A stretch of DNA of 64,000 nt from a bacterium (GCA_963623195.1 CAVFKA010000010.1:64398-128397); one strand, 5' to 3'; shown: positions 1 through 9,482, numbered from the stretch's first letter. Made by a program: numbers and translations. Notes: generated by a model from the letters alone, not told the origin.

Positions 1-843
1 AAGATTGAGCTTTGTCAAATCATCGTTGGCTTTATTAAATTTGCTTTCTTGATATTTTTCTGCGTTATAAGCGTGAACGACACGGATTCCACCGATATGT
101 TCCCTTGTAATACCATTAAGTCTATCGATATAACGTTGAGATATTTTGAATTTAGGAAGAACTAAAACCATTGCTACAGCTAGAACGGCAACCAATAAGA
201 AAATAGCGGCCCCAGTAGTTAATGTAAGCTCAGTAGAGGTAGCTTGAATCTTGCAAATTGCCCAAATACAAGTAATTGGTGCGGCAAAAACCATTCTTAG
301 CATAAGAAGGATACACATCTGAACCTGCTCGATATCGTTTGTGGCCCTAGTTATAAGGGAAGCGGTTGAAAATTTATTAATCTCAGCAAGGGAAAACGAT
401 GAGACTTTTGCGTTGACCTCTGATCTGATGGTCGTAGCAAAATTAGCAGTTATTGCTGATGCGATTATCGAAATAACCATCGCGCTTAAGGTATAGCAAA
501 CGACAAATAAGGCAAAATAACATGCACTAATCGTGACAGAATGGATGCTAACATTCGCGATTGCTTCAATTGTTGCAATATATGTAGGATCCAATCCTTC
601 TACGGAGGAAAGTTGTTCTATGAGAGTGTTCCAATCCGAACCGCATGCTTTATATAGTTCATAGATTTGATCACCTAGCAAAGATGGATCCTTTTGATAG
701 GCGATATAGTTAATTTCCCTCATTAGTTCAGCTATGTAGTCCGTTAATTTCATCGTGCACCATACTTGAAATACAGTGAGTCCGACAATTAGCAAGACGA
801 ACAGCCAATCTAGAGGACGGAATTTTTTCAATAATTTAAACAT
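1..843 (-). CDS. ABC exporter, N-terminal transmembrane domain (5' part of the gene; continues past the window start)
   Basis: Reverse-strand ATG at 843-841, 7 nt after a GGAGG (complement of 851-855). My translation reads MFKLLKKFRPLDWLFVLLIVGLTVFQVWCTMKLTDYIAELMREI...ITREHIGGIRVVHAYNAEKYQESKFNKANDDL, the pattern of a type-1 ABC exporter TMD. It is absent from the ORF track because it runs off the edge. Confidence 0.7.
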   Translation of the reverse strand, partial: MFKLLKKFRPLDWLFVLLIVGLTVFQVWCTMKLTDYIAELMREINYIAYQKDPSLLGDQIYELYKACGSDWNTLIEQLSSVEGLDPTYIATIEAIANVSIHSVTISACYFALFVVCYTLSAMVISIIASAITANFATTIRSEVNAKVSSFSLAEINKFSTASLITRATNDIEQVQMCILLMLRMVFAAPITCIWAICKIQATSTELTLTTGAAIFLLVAVLAVAMVLVLPKFKISQRYIDRLNGITREHIGGIRVVHAYNAEKYQESKFNKANDDLTKLNL

Positions 844-857
844 TCAATTACCTCCGA

Positions 858-875
858 TAGTTCGCACTCGAACTA
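858..875. promoter_or_regulatory. Perfect 7-4-7 palindrome TAGTTCG-cact-CGAACTA next to the RBS of the ABC exporter gene (possible operator or 5'-UTR hairpin)
   Basis: Read directly from the sequence; it lies 3 nt from the SD of the minus-strand gene. Confidence 0.3.
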
Positions 876-969
876 ATATAGACATAATTAAATAAATGTC
901 AATGAGAATAATGTAATTTTTTGCTTATTTTTCTTTTAGAAAAGAAGCAGTTGTTTTTTTTGGGGGTAA

Positions 970-2337
970 CTATTTTACGAAATCTTTAACTTCTTGAATG
1001 ACTACTAAATTGGCCTCATGACCAATCTCAATATACGCTTGTTTCCCTTTAACTTCATATATGGAGAAAGATTGGCCTTTATAGGTTATTCTTGTCTTGA
1101 TTTTCTCTTCAGCCTTATCTAATTGAAAACCGTTATTCAAGAAGGCGAATATCGCGTCGTCGTTATTTTTCCAAACGTTTTGAATTTCATTTTCATCTAG
1201 CAAGACGTTAACTGGTCTAATGATCTTTGAGTCCATTCTGAATTTAGGCGCTCCCTTATGTACTAAGGAACCGGGGATATAGGTTTTTCCTTCATCAAAA
1301 GAGATTTCACGATATCTCAAAAGATTTTGATTTTCTTGATTCTCGCCAGGAACGGTGAAATAAAAATCTTTCTGATATGAAACATTTTCAATCACTGAAT
1401 TCTTTTTAAGATAGGAGATACCTGCATTGTTTATTATAGGAAAGGTGTCCCTTGTAACATATAAGTCACCAGATCTTAATTCCATGAAGGAGAAGTTGTT
1501 TTCTAAAACGATATCGGCGCATTCTTTCGTTGGAAGAATGGTTTTGTAATATGAGTCAAGAATGTATTTGAAATATAAGTCGATAGTGAAAGAAGTGCTA
1601 GCGGAAGTATTTTTCTTATCACGGATGATTCTTCTAAGGAAAAGAGTTTTAGGGTTTCCCTCAATGAAATTCTTTATAGGCCTTAAAGAGGACACTCTAG
1701 AAACGAATTCTTCATTTAATGCGTATATGCCCTCGATAATTATGACATCATAGTCTTTTCCGTCAAAACTTTCTTTGCTTGGCAATCTTTCAGAATAAAA
1801 TTTGGAGTAGTTTTTTGCGTCTATTTTTTCATTATTGAAAAGCTTATTGATGTCTTCCGCGGCTTCTTTAAGGTTATATACAGTAGGTTCATCGAAATTT
1901 AGCTTATGCCATTCTTCTTTAAGACCTTTTAAGAATGTTTCTAATTGGTTTTCTGGGAGAAGATCAACTAACGTATCCCTTATTTTTGCTATTGATGCAT
2001 CATCATATTTGGATTCAAAAGGAACATTGATGATGATCTCTTTGATCCTTTTTGAAATTTCTTCGATGTTTTTAAGTGAGGAGTTGAAGTAGTTAAGATT
2101 TACTTTGTTAGGAACAATACCTGATAAGCCATAGTTATATTGATCTATGGAAAAGGTTAGACAACGTTTGTTATGCTCTTTAAAGGCATTAGTCAATGAA
2201 GTTGATAAGAAACTTTTTCCGGATGAGGAGGCGCCAGAGATGATAATCAACGCTTTCGGCTGTCTTTCTAATTCCTCTTCGGCCAAATCCATATTGGCAT
2301 AGGTCCATTTATCGACATGATGGCATGTATACTTCAT
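970..2337 (-). CDS. Uridine-kinase/PRK-family P-loop kinase fused to a C-terminal CYTH-like (CyaB/ThTPase-type) domain
   Basis: Walker A GASSSGKS, plus IIEGIYAL and LRRIIRD motifs typical of udk/PRK. The C-terminal ~150 aa follow the CYTH beta-barrel pattern (QKDFYF..LLRYREI..KGAPKFRMDSKI..KTRITYKGQSFSIYEVKG..YIEIGHE). I prefer the start at M13, where GGAG lies 9 nt upstream. Confidence 0.7.
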   Translation of the reverse strand: MKYTCHHVDKWTYANMDLAEEELERQPKALIIISGASSSGKSFLSTSLTNAFKEHNKRCLTFSIDQYNYGLSGIVPNKVNLNYFNSSLKNIEEISKRIKEIIINVPFESKYDDASIAKIRDTLVDLLPENQLETFLKGLKEEWHKLNFDEPTVYNLKEAAEDINKLFNNEKIDAKNYSKFYSERLPSKESFDGKDYDVIIIEGIYALNEEFVSRVSSLRPIKNFIEGNPKTLFLRRIIRDKKNTSASTSFTIDLYFKYILDSYYKTILPTKECADIVLENNFSFMELRSGDLYVTRDTFPIINNAGISYLKKNSVIENVSYQKDFYFTVPGENQENQNLLRYREISFDEGKTYIPGSLVHKGAPKFRMDSKIIRPVNVLLDENEIQNVWKNNDDAIFAFLNNGFQLDKAEEKIKTRITYKGQSFSIYEVKGKQAYIEIGHEANLVVIQEVKDFVK

Positions 2338-2447
2338 ATTTAAATCTCCAACTATGCTAATTATTGTAATCAATTCATTTTTCTTTTTAAAGAAATAGAC
2401 TACAAATATTCCCTAAAACATTTAGAATGTTAATGTCGGAGAAACTC

Positions 2448-3065
2448 ATGAACGAAGAAGAGAAAATGCTTAAGGGTATGATATACGATTGTAACGACCC
2501 CTCATTGCTTGAAAAAAGAAACCACGCTCATGCTTTATGCGCTAAATTTAACGCTTTAAGTGAAGATGATGCCAAAGAAAGAAACACAATCATCAAAGAG
2601 TTGTTGCCAAATGCCCAAGAGGGAATTTATATAACGGGTCCCGTCTTTTTTGATTATGGTTGCAATTTTCATTCAGGAAAAAACTTTTACTGCAATTTCA
2701 ATTTTTCCGTTTTGGATACATGTCCAGTCTATATTGGTGATAATGTTTTGTGTGGGCCTAATGTTTCAATTAACACGCCTCTCCACCCTCTAATCGCAGA
2801 AGAAAGAGCCTTGTACTTAAGTGAAAAAGGATACATGACCGATAAGGAATACGGCAAAAGTATTTCGATTGGCTCTAATTGCTGGATTGCCGCAAACGTG
2901 ACGATCATCGGTGGCGCTAAAATCGGCAATAACTGCGTGATTGGCGCAGGTTCGGTGGTCACTGGAGAGATACCTGATGGATATCTTGCCTATGGAATTC
3001 CAGCAAAACCTATACGTAAAATAACTAAAGAGGATTCGATATATCTGAAGAAAGGTCTTTTCTAA
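2448..3065 (+). CDS. maa: Maltose/galactoside O-acetyltransferase (hexapeptide-repeat)
   Basis: N-terminus MNEEEKMLKGMIYDCNDPSLL and left-handed beta-helix repeats (IGSNCWIAANVTIIGGAKIGNNCVIGAGSVV). The start is chosen after GGAGAAACTC. Confidence 0.85.
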   Translation: MNEEEKMLKGMIYDCNDPSLLEKRNHAHALCAKFNALSEDDAKERNTIIKELLPNAQEGIYITGPVFFDYGCNFHSGKNFYCNFNFSVLDTCPVYIGDNVLCGPNVSINTPLHPLIAEERALYLSEKGYMTDKEYGKSISIGSNCWIAANVTIIGGAKIGNNCVIGAGSVVTGEIPDGYLAYGIPAKPIRKITKEDSIYLKKGLF

Positions 3066-3066
3066 T

Positions 3067-4452
3067 ATGCCTATTGTTGCTGCTTTTATGCTTCCACACC
3101 CTATATTTGCCATACCAGAAGTTGGCAAAGGAAAAGAAAAAGAGCTCGCCGCTACTGTAGCTTCTTTTAACCTAATCGCTAAGAAAATCGCTCAAATTCA
3201 ACCAGATACAATCATTTGGATTTCCCCACACGCCGAAAGCTATGCGGACTTTTTCCAGATTGCTGATGGAGAGGTAGCCGTTGGCTCATTTAAAGAATAT
3301 GGGGCTCCTGAAGTGTCCTTTAGAATGCTCTATGACAAAATTCTAGCCAGAGAAATTTCCCAAGAATGCAAGATTAATAAGGTGAATGGTGGAATTGAAA
3401 ATAGCACTGAGGAAGAACTCGATCACGGCACTATGGTCCCACTATATTTCATCAATCATGAGTTCAGAGATTTCCTAAATGTGAGGGTTGGCGTTTCTGG
3501 ACAATCTTTAGCGGAGCATTACCGCTTTGGCGAAATGATTAAATCTGCCGTAGATAAGTTAGGAAGGAAAGCCGTCGTCATTGCTTCAGGAGACTTATCG
3601 CATTGCCAATCAAAAGAAGGGACATATGGTTATCGTCCTGAAGGTGCGATATATGATGAACAAATAATGAAGACGATGTCCAAGATGAATTTTGGGGAAC
3701 TTTTATCGTTTAATAGATCTCTTCTTGGAGAAGCCGTCCAATGCGGACATGGGGCTTTTACAATCCTTGCTGGATGTCTTGACCGCCTTGATTTAGATTG
3801 CCTTCGCCTTTCTCATGAAGCGCCATTTGGAACAGGCTACGGATTTTGTTGCTACACCCCAAAAGGAGATAATCAATCCAGGGCTTTCTTAAATTTGTAC
3901 AAAGAACGTGAAAGACTCATTGCAAAAGAAAGAAAAGAGAAAGCGGATAAATATGTTTGCTTAGCCCGTGAAGCAATTGAGACATATCTTAAAAGCAAGA
4001 AAGTGCTTAAGCCTAGCCAACTAACGCTCAATAATATTGGCGATAGAAAAGAAGGGGTCTTTGTAACCATATATCATGAAGGGGAGATTAGAGGCTGCAT
4101 CGGAACCGTAAAACCAAAGAAAAAGAATCTCGCGGAAGAAATAATCGCAAACGCTATTGCGGCCGCTTTTAGCGATGATAGATTTGAACCAATAAGTGAG
4201 GAAGAATTTGAGAATTTAATTATCACGGTTGATGTGGTCGTAGATCTCATCCCTATTCTTTCGAGCGATGATCTTGACTCCGAGATTTATGGAGTTATGG
4301 TTGAAGCGGATGACAAGCATGCCGTTCTTCTCCCTAAGCTTCCGGGAATATTAACTCCTGAGAAACAAATAGAGATTTGCAAAAGAAAAGCCAACATTCC
4401 TTTGCATGAGGATGTTGACTTATATAGATTCAATGTTGAGCATCATCAATAA
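3067..4452 (+). CDS. Fusion protein: class-III extradiol dioxygenase/LigB-Memo-like N-domain plus AMMECR1 C-domain
   Basis: N-half has DHGTMVPLYF and ASGDLSH (LigB-type). C-half has GVFVTIYHEGEIRGCIGT (AMMECR1 RGCIG motif). Confidence 0.8.
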   Translation: MPIVAAFMLPHPIFAIPEVGKGKEKELAATVASFNLIAKKIAQIQPDTIIWISPHAESYADFFQIADGEVAVGSFKEYGAPEVSFRMLYDKILAREISQECKINKVNGGIENSTEEELDHGTMVPLYFINHEFRDFLNVRVGVSGQSLAEHYRFGEMIKSAVDKLGRKAVVIASGDLSHCQSKEGTYGYRPEGAIYDEQIMKTMSKMNFGELLSFNRSLLGEAVQCGHGAFTILAGCLDRLDLDCLRLSHEAPFGTGYGFCCYTPKGDNQSRAFLNLYKERERLIAKERKEKADKYVCLAREAIETYLKSKKVLKPSQLTLNNIGDRKEGVFVTIYHEGEIRGCIGTVKPKKKNLAEEIIANAIAAAFSDDRFEPISEEEFENLIITVDVVVDLIPILSSDDLDSEIYGVMVEADDKHAVLLPKLPGILTPEKQIEICKRKANIPLHEDVDLYRFNVEHHQ

Positions 4453-4899
4453 CTAATACCTAGTACGTGGACGGTAAGATTTCTTGCATAAGAATCTTGC
4501 CGTTTTTAAATACACGTCCCCGTCCTTTTTGATGATTTCGCCATTATTCGATTCATGATATCCGTTTTTGAAAACGAATTCTTTTAAGGCATATGGTATG
4601 AAGATAATTGACCATCGTCCGCCTAAATCTCTAATCTTAGTTTGCATGAATTTGAGCATATAGGAACCGATCTTTTTCTTTCTTACTTGTTCCCTTACAT
4701 ATATTGAAGTTATCTCCCAAGTTTCAGGATCCGATTCCCTAAAAGAGGCGACCCCTATAGGTATATTCTTGAAATAGATGATCAAATACCATGGTTTTCT
4801 TTCGCTTGTTAAGAATGGAGTTCTTTCTATGAAACCTACTTTCTCGATAGCTTCTTTCACCATCTCATTTTCTTCATGAAAAAATTTAAAATCAATCAT
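4453..4899 (-). CDS. GNAT-family N-acetyltransferase
   Basis: VREQVRKKKIGSYMLKF matches acetyl-CoA motif A (R/Q-x-x-G-x-G/A-like). Size is 148 aa. Confidence 0.65.
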   Translation of the reverse strand: MIDFKFFHEENEMVKEAIEKVGFIERTPFLTSERKPWYLIIYFKNIPIGVASFRESDPETWEITSIYVREQVRKKKIGSYMLKFMQTKIRDLGGRWSIIFIPYALKEFVFKNGYHESNNGEIIKKDGDVYLKTARFLCKKSYRPRTRY

Positions 4900-4918
4900 A
4901 TTTCCAAGTATACTAAAA

Positions 4919-5575
4919 ATGTATAAAATAATTCATATGAATAAAGGAATTTTTCTTCAAAAACTTAAATATCATTACAAAAGATATCTCTCGATAATCT
5001 TTGCATCGATAGGCTTAGCGTGTTTAGTTGGGGCCTTCACTTATTTTGGCATCGTTAATAGAACGGATTCCTACACCATGATGGGTTCCGTTTGGAATTA
5101 CGTCATTCTTTTAATATCCTTTATTTTCATTCTCTATGGCACGATTAACGGAACAGCTATTGCATATAACGGAATCATGATGTTCGTTTTCTATCTTATG
5201 TGGGATTTTGGTGCAACAGTGGTTGTTAATTGGATTAACGGAACCTTCCTTAACCTATTTTCAGGCGAGCCGATTATCATTGCTGAAACAATCATAAGCC
5301 TTGCTGGGAACATTGCCGCATTTGTTCTTGGTATCATGCTCTATATCAAATTGAGACAGTTCCTTACTGGAAGGTATTCTTCATATACTGGTTTAAGAAA
5401 TCTTGCACTGGCTTTCACCATTCTTGTCATTCTCTTTAACTTGGCCATTCCTACTCTTCTTTTGATTGCTTCGCCAACTCTTCAAACCTTCTTAACCTTA
5501 TTGATTTACTTTGCCATCATTTTTGAAGCCTTATCTGTTTTCTTTACGATTTGCCGTCTTAAGTCTAACTATTGA
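4919..5575 (+). CDS. Polytopic membrane protein, function unknown
   Basis: Five to six hydrophobic helices and no recognisable motif. The start is uncertain (alternative M at 4937). Confidence 0.55.
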   Translation: MYKIIHMNKGIFLQKLKYHYKRYLSIIFASIGLACLVGAFTYFGIVNRTDSYTMMGSVWNYVILLISFIFILYGTINGTAIAYNGIMMFVFYLMWDFGATVVVNWINGTFLNLFSGEPIIIAETIISLAGNIAAFVLGIMLYIKLRQFLTGRYSSYTGLRNLALAFTILVILFNLAIPTLLLIASPTLQTFLTLLIYFAIIFEALSVFFTICRLKSNY

Positions 5576-5578
5576 TTC

Positions 5579-5607
5579 TTGAAAAAATATCCTAATTGTT
5601 TTATTCT
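5579..5607 (+). promoter_or_regulatory. Sigma-A-like promoter for tRNA-Thr (TTGAAA-17-TATTCT)
   Basis: -35 at 5579-5584, -10 at 5602-5607, 17-nt spacer, about 10 nt before the tRNA 5' end. Confidence 0.45.
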
Positions 5608-5616
5608 TTTCCATGC

Positions 5617-5692
5617 GCCGTCTTAGCTCAGTTGGTAGAGCAACGCACTCGTAACGCGTAGGTCGTAGGTTCGATCCCTATAGACGGCACCA
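5617..5692 (+). tRNA. tRNA-Thr (anticodon CGT)
   Basis: Hand-folded cloverleaf: acceptor GCCGTCT/AGACGGC, D arm GCTC..GAGC, anticodon loop CTCGTAA, T arm GTAGG-TTCGATC-CCTAT, encoded CCA. It has an A31-C39 mismatch. Confidence 0.85.
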
Positions 5693-5704
5693 TAAAAGAA
5701 AAAT

Positions 5705-5730
5705 AACGAACCCAGTGGTTCGTTTTTTTT
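5705..5730. terminator. Bidirectional rho-independent terminator (AACGAACC-cagt-GGTTCGTT plus T-run)
   Basis: Hairpin followed by T8 on the plus strand and a T-rich tract on the minus strand. It abuts the stop of the 5729-6676 gene. Confidence 0.8.
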
Positions 5731-6676
5731 ATTTTTCTTTCTCTTTTATTGGTCGTCCATTTTCATCATAGTTGCCTTTTGCATTCTCTTTTGATGGATC
5801 AATCAATATGATCTTTCTAGCAAAATTGGAGAATTTCTTGGTGGTATTGGCTAATTTCTCTTTGTCCTTCGTGATTTTGAGATTCTCAGGCAAGGCGGCC
5901 TCAAGTTTCAAACGATATTCATTTCTTTGCTTCTTTTGTTCTGCGACGAGCTTTTCATAACGTGCAACAATTCCGCTTTCTTTAGCAATTTTGGAAATCT
6001 TATTGAAAAGACCAATGGATTTGATGAGATCAACAATAAAGATTCCATAGACAATACCTAAGAGAAATATAAAGCCGAAATGGGCTACGCTTCCGGATGT
6101 AGTATTTCCAAACATATAATCGAAACTTACGTTAAATGCCAAATACATAAATGGATTGAATCCGTAATAGAAAATTATTGCAACCGCGAACCAAATAATT
6201 GAGAACAAAGGGCAAATGATTCCTAAGATGTTCCCCTTCATATTGGTATAATCCCACAATCTAACCTTAAAACCTTTAACAAAGATAAGGCCTGCAACGA
6301 ATTCCAATATGACCATGCTCACGCCCATAATAGAAATAGGTATTAGATCATAGACTGTTGGCCCACTATAGTAATTTAGCCCGAATAATCCACCTGTAGG
6401 ATTGTAGAATTTTAAATCTTCAGGCATGAAGGATAAGACGATCCAACTAAAGATAAACATGATGACCACGCCAAATCCATATAAAGGTAGCCAAGGTCCA
6501 CTCATAAAACCTGGATTGACCCATTTCTTAGCGGAGACGAATCTTCTGAAAAGAACCTCTAAAAGATAGCCGAGCATGCAGCCGATGATGAACATGAAAA
6601 GAAGAGTGAGTATCACCTTGCTCGATAAATATTCATTCATTTCAAAGATGCTATTGAAAATCTTAAGTTCTATCAT
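5729..6676 (-). CDS. Membrane protein of the 'putative ABC-transporter type IV / CmpB' family with a Lys-rich C-terminal tail
   Basis: N-terminal GYLLEVLFRRF...NPGFMSGPWLPLYGFG signature and multiple TM helices. The C-terminal ~90 aa are charged. Confidence 0.6.
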   Translation of the reverse strand: MIELKIFNSIFEMNEYLSSKVILTLLFMFIIGCMLGYLLEVLFRRFVSAKKWVNPGFMSGPWLPLYGFGVVIMFIFSWIVLSFMPEDLKFYNPTGGLFGLNYYSGPTVYDLIPISIMGVSMVILEFVAGLIFVKGFKVRLWDYTNMKGNILGIICPLFSIIWFAVAIIFYYGFNPFMYLAFNVSFDYMFGNTTSGSVAHFGFIFLLGIVYGIFIVDLIKSIGLFNKISKIAKESGIVARYEKLVAEQKKQRNEYRLKLEAALPENLKITKDKEKLANTTKKFSNFARKIILIDPSKENAKGNYDENGRPIKEKEK

Positions 6677-6793
6677 ATTTTGTTATCCTATCTATACACA
6701 TATGTTAACACAATTCAATGAAGTTGTTACCTGATGTTGAATATATGAAAAACCCATTATCTTTCGATGATGGGTCAATAGATGCAAATTCTA

Positions 6794-7609
6794 TTAATCG
6801 TTACTGGATGAATAGGAGCTGCCATTTCCTTGGAAGATGGCAACGATTTGTAATACGCGATAGACAAGTTCAAGAAGGGCGATGATCATGTTGTTGACGT
6901 ATTCGATGTTATAAAGATGGAATAGTTTCTTGCACATCTCGATTTCTTCATCGTTTGCAAGGTTATCTTCTTTTAGAAGGGTTAAGGCTTTTTCTTGAGC
7001 ACGTTTCTCTGTTTTTAGAACAAGAATCGACATAACAAAGGAAATGATGTAGAAAAGAAGGCCGATACATGTAAGAACAATTGTGCATGGGAAGGCACTA
7101 TTCTTAAGGATGAAGAGATCAAGAAGAATGCCAATTATTACGAGTGGAATGAATGCCAAAGGTCCAAAATAGATAAAAGGTGTCAGCCTGATTTGTAATT
7201 TAAGCGCAGGATCTTTTTCCTTATCCATGACAGCCAAGGATGATTTTTGAGCGGCCATAGCAAGAGAGGTGACCGAGCTTTTTTGCCAAGTCAATCTTCT
7301 AAGACGAACTTTCTTGAAATAATGACTATAAGAGTTTCCGAAGAGGATCGAACCGTTTTTAGAAACCCTGATATCTTGCAAATCATTGTCATCTAAAATT
7401 TTTCTAGCGACTTCCTCGCCTGTTTTTCCGATGGAATTTGCTCTTCTGTTGTATTTGACATACTTGATTGCAAGACAAATTGAGATGACAAGAGCAACAA
7501 GCGAAGCGACGATAAGGAGACAACCAACCGCAAACATCAATATCAAGACAATATCTGATGCGCCAGTGAATCCTGTTGCTTCACGTAAAGCATTAACGAA
7601 TTCTTCCAT
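6794..7609 (-). CDS. Zn-metallopeptidase-2 (YugP-like) family homolog lacking the HExxH motif
   Basis: KYNRRANSIGKTGEEVARKILDDNDLQDIRV aligns to the family N-terminus. The position of AAHExGHAIQ reads AAQKSSLAVM. Confidence 0.6.
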   Translation of the reverse strand: MEEFVNALREATGFTGASDIVLILMFAVGCLLIVASLVALVISICLAIKYVKYNRRANSIGKTGEEVARKILDDNDLQDIRVSKNGSILFGNSYSHYFKKVRLRRLTWQKSSVTSLAMAAQKSSLAVMDKEKDPALKLQIRLTPFIYFGPLAFIPLVIIGILLDLFILKNSAFPCTIVLTCIGLLFYIISFVMSILVLKTEKRAQEKALTLLKEDNLANDEEIEMCKKLFHLYNIEYVNNMIIALLELVYRVLQIVAIFQGNGSSYSSSND

Positions 7610-7807
7610 AAAATATCCTTTCTAATTTATTTATGGAACTAGTATAGAACACAATAAGCAAAAAAGAAACAAAAATATTATATTTGTAACATAAACATAA
7701 AAATGATGTTTCCAGGAAGCACTTTTTTCTAACATTTAGCAAATTTTAATCAACATTTATTGAAAATAAGTGTATCTTTCTAAAAGGGAAACCCAAAGGA
7801 AATATTT

Positions 7808-9211
7808 ATGAATCGTTATGATGTAATTATTGTTGGCTGCGGTCCAGCAGGGATTTTTACCGCGTTAGAAATGGTCAAAAAAGGATCAAAGAAAAAGATT
7901 CTCATGATCGAAAAAGGGCAAAGCGTTGAAAAACGTGCTTGTCCAAAGGCAAAATTAGGCAAATGCGCTCATTGTGATCCATGCGCTATCACAACAGGTT
8001 TCTCTGGCGCTGGCGCTTTCTCTGATGGAAAACTTTCTCTTTCCTCATCCGTTGGCGGAGCTCTTCCTGAACTTTTAGGCTACGATACAATTGATGAACT
8101 TATTAAATATGCTGACTCCATATACCTATCTTTTGGGGCGGATAAGCATATCGAAGGAGAAAACGAAACCGAGGAAATAAGACAAATTCGTCTTCGCGCT
8201 ATCGAAGCAGGCCTCCATTTAGTCAATTGCCCTATTAGACATTTAGGAACAGAAAAAGCCCATGATATCTATTTAGCAATTGAAAAATACTTAGAGGAAA
8301 ATGGCGTTGAGATTCGTTATGGCTATGAATGTAACGACGTAATTCTCGATGAAAAGAAGTGCATTGGCGTTCGTGCTCATAAATATCGCGCAACAAATGA
8401 AGAAGAAATCTACGCTGATGATATAGTTATTGCGGCTGGAAGAAGAGGAGCGGATTGGTTAGAAAAGATTTGCTCCAAATATGATATTGCCCATGCTCCA
8501 GGACCAGTTGATATTGGCGTTAGAGTCGAAGTCCGTAACGAAGTCATGGAACCACTCAATAAGAATCTCTATGAAGCTAAATTGATTGGCTATTGCGGTC
8601 CTTATGGCGATAAGGTTAGAACATTCTGCCAAAATCCAGGCGGTTTTGTTGCCCAAGAAAACTATGATGGGGATCTCGCTGTCGTTAATGGGCACTCCTA
8701 TAAAGAAAAGAAGTCCCAAAACACCAACGTATCCATTCTTTGCTCCCACAATTTCCGTGAGCCATTCAACCAACCAATTCTTTATGCTCAAAAAATTGGC
8801 GAATTGACCAACATGTTAGGAAATGGTCACATCATGGTTCAAAGATTTGGCGATATACTTGACGGAAAGAGAACTTGGCAATATGAACTCAATAGATCGA
8901 ATATCACACCAACATTGCCTGATGCAATCGCTGGCGATATAACTGCCGCCCTTCCTTATAGAACGATGACCGATATCATTCACTTCATCAAGGCGGTTGA
9001 TCATGTCGTTCCTGGATTTGCCTCAAGCGAAACCTTGCTCTATTCTCCAGAAATCAAGTTCTATTCCAATAGAGTCAAAATGGATAAGAATCTAACGACA
9101 AACATCCAAAACTTATATTGCTTAGGCGATTCATCTGGCTGGACAAGAGGCTTGATGATGGCTTCTGTCATGGGCGTTGTCCTTGGTAGAAGACTTGCCT
9201 CAGAAGAGTAA
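7808..9211 (+). CDS. FAD-dependent oxidoreductase (COG2509-like)
   Basis: The Rossmann motif YDVIIVGCGPAGIFTA at the N-terminus and the C-terminal LYCLGDSSGWTRGLMMA are typical of this family. Confidence 0.75.
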   Translation: MNRYDVIIVGCGPAGIFTALEMVKKGSKKKILMIEKGQSVEKRACPKAKLGKCAHCDPCAITTGFSGAGAFSDGKLSLSSSVGGALPELLGYDTIDELIKYADSIYLSFGADKHIEGENETEEIRQIRLRAIEAGLHLVNCPIRHLGTEKAHDIYLAIEKYLEENGVEIRYGYECNDVILDEKKCIGVRAHKYRATNEEEIYADDIVIAAGRRGADWLEKICSKYDIAHAPGPVDIGVRVEVRNEVMEPLNKNLYEAKLIGYCGPYGDKVRTFCQNPGGFVAQENYDGDLAVVNGHSYKEKKSQNTNVSILCSHNFREPFNQPILYAQKIGELTNMLGNGHIMVQRFGDILDGKRTWQYELNRSNITPTLPDAIAGDITAALPYRTMTDIIHFIKAVDHVVPGFASSETLLYSPEIKFYSNRVKMDKNLTTNIQNLYCLGDSSGWTRGLMMASVMGVVLGRRLASEE

Positions 9212-9224
9212 AAAGAACCCACCA

Positions 9225-9256
9225 AACGCACGTTTCAAGCGTGCGTTTTTCTTTTT
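9225..9256 (+). terminator. Rho-independent terminator
   Basis: AACGCACG-tttcaag-CGTGCGTT followed by a T-run. Confidence 0.8.
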
Positions 9257-9278
9257 TCGAAAAAAATTAAAAATTCTC

Positions 9279-9307
9279 TTGCTTAGATTTTATGATATAT
9301 CTATAAT
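9279..9307 (+). promoter_or_regulatory. Sigma-A-like promoter for tRNA-Val (TTGCTT-17-TATAAT)
   Basis: -35 at 9279-9284, -10 at 9302-9307. Confidence 0.55.
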
Positions 9308-9345
9308 ACTTAAGCGACTTGCAAGAGCCGCTAAATATACGGACT

Positions 9346-9421
9346 GGGTAGTTAGCTCAGCTGGGAGAGCATCTGTTTGACGTACAGAAGGTCAGGAGTT
9401 CGAGCCTCTTACTACCCACCA
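9346..9421 (+). tRNA. tRNA-Val (anticodon GAC)
   Basis: Acceptor GGGTAGT/ACTACCC, anticodon stem TCTGT/ACAGA, loop TTGACGT, T loop TTCGAGC, encoded CCA. Confidence 0.9.
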
Positions 9422-9432
9422 ATCCTAAAATT

Positions 9433-9458
9433 AACTCAAGGAAACTTGAGTTTTTTTC
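9433..9458 (+). terminator. Rho-independent terminator
   Basis: ACTCAAG-gaaa-CTTGAGT plus T7. Confidence 0.8.
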
Positions 9459-9482
9459 TTTCTTTAAGGTAAGATATTCTCC

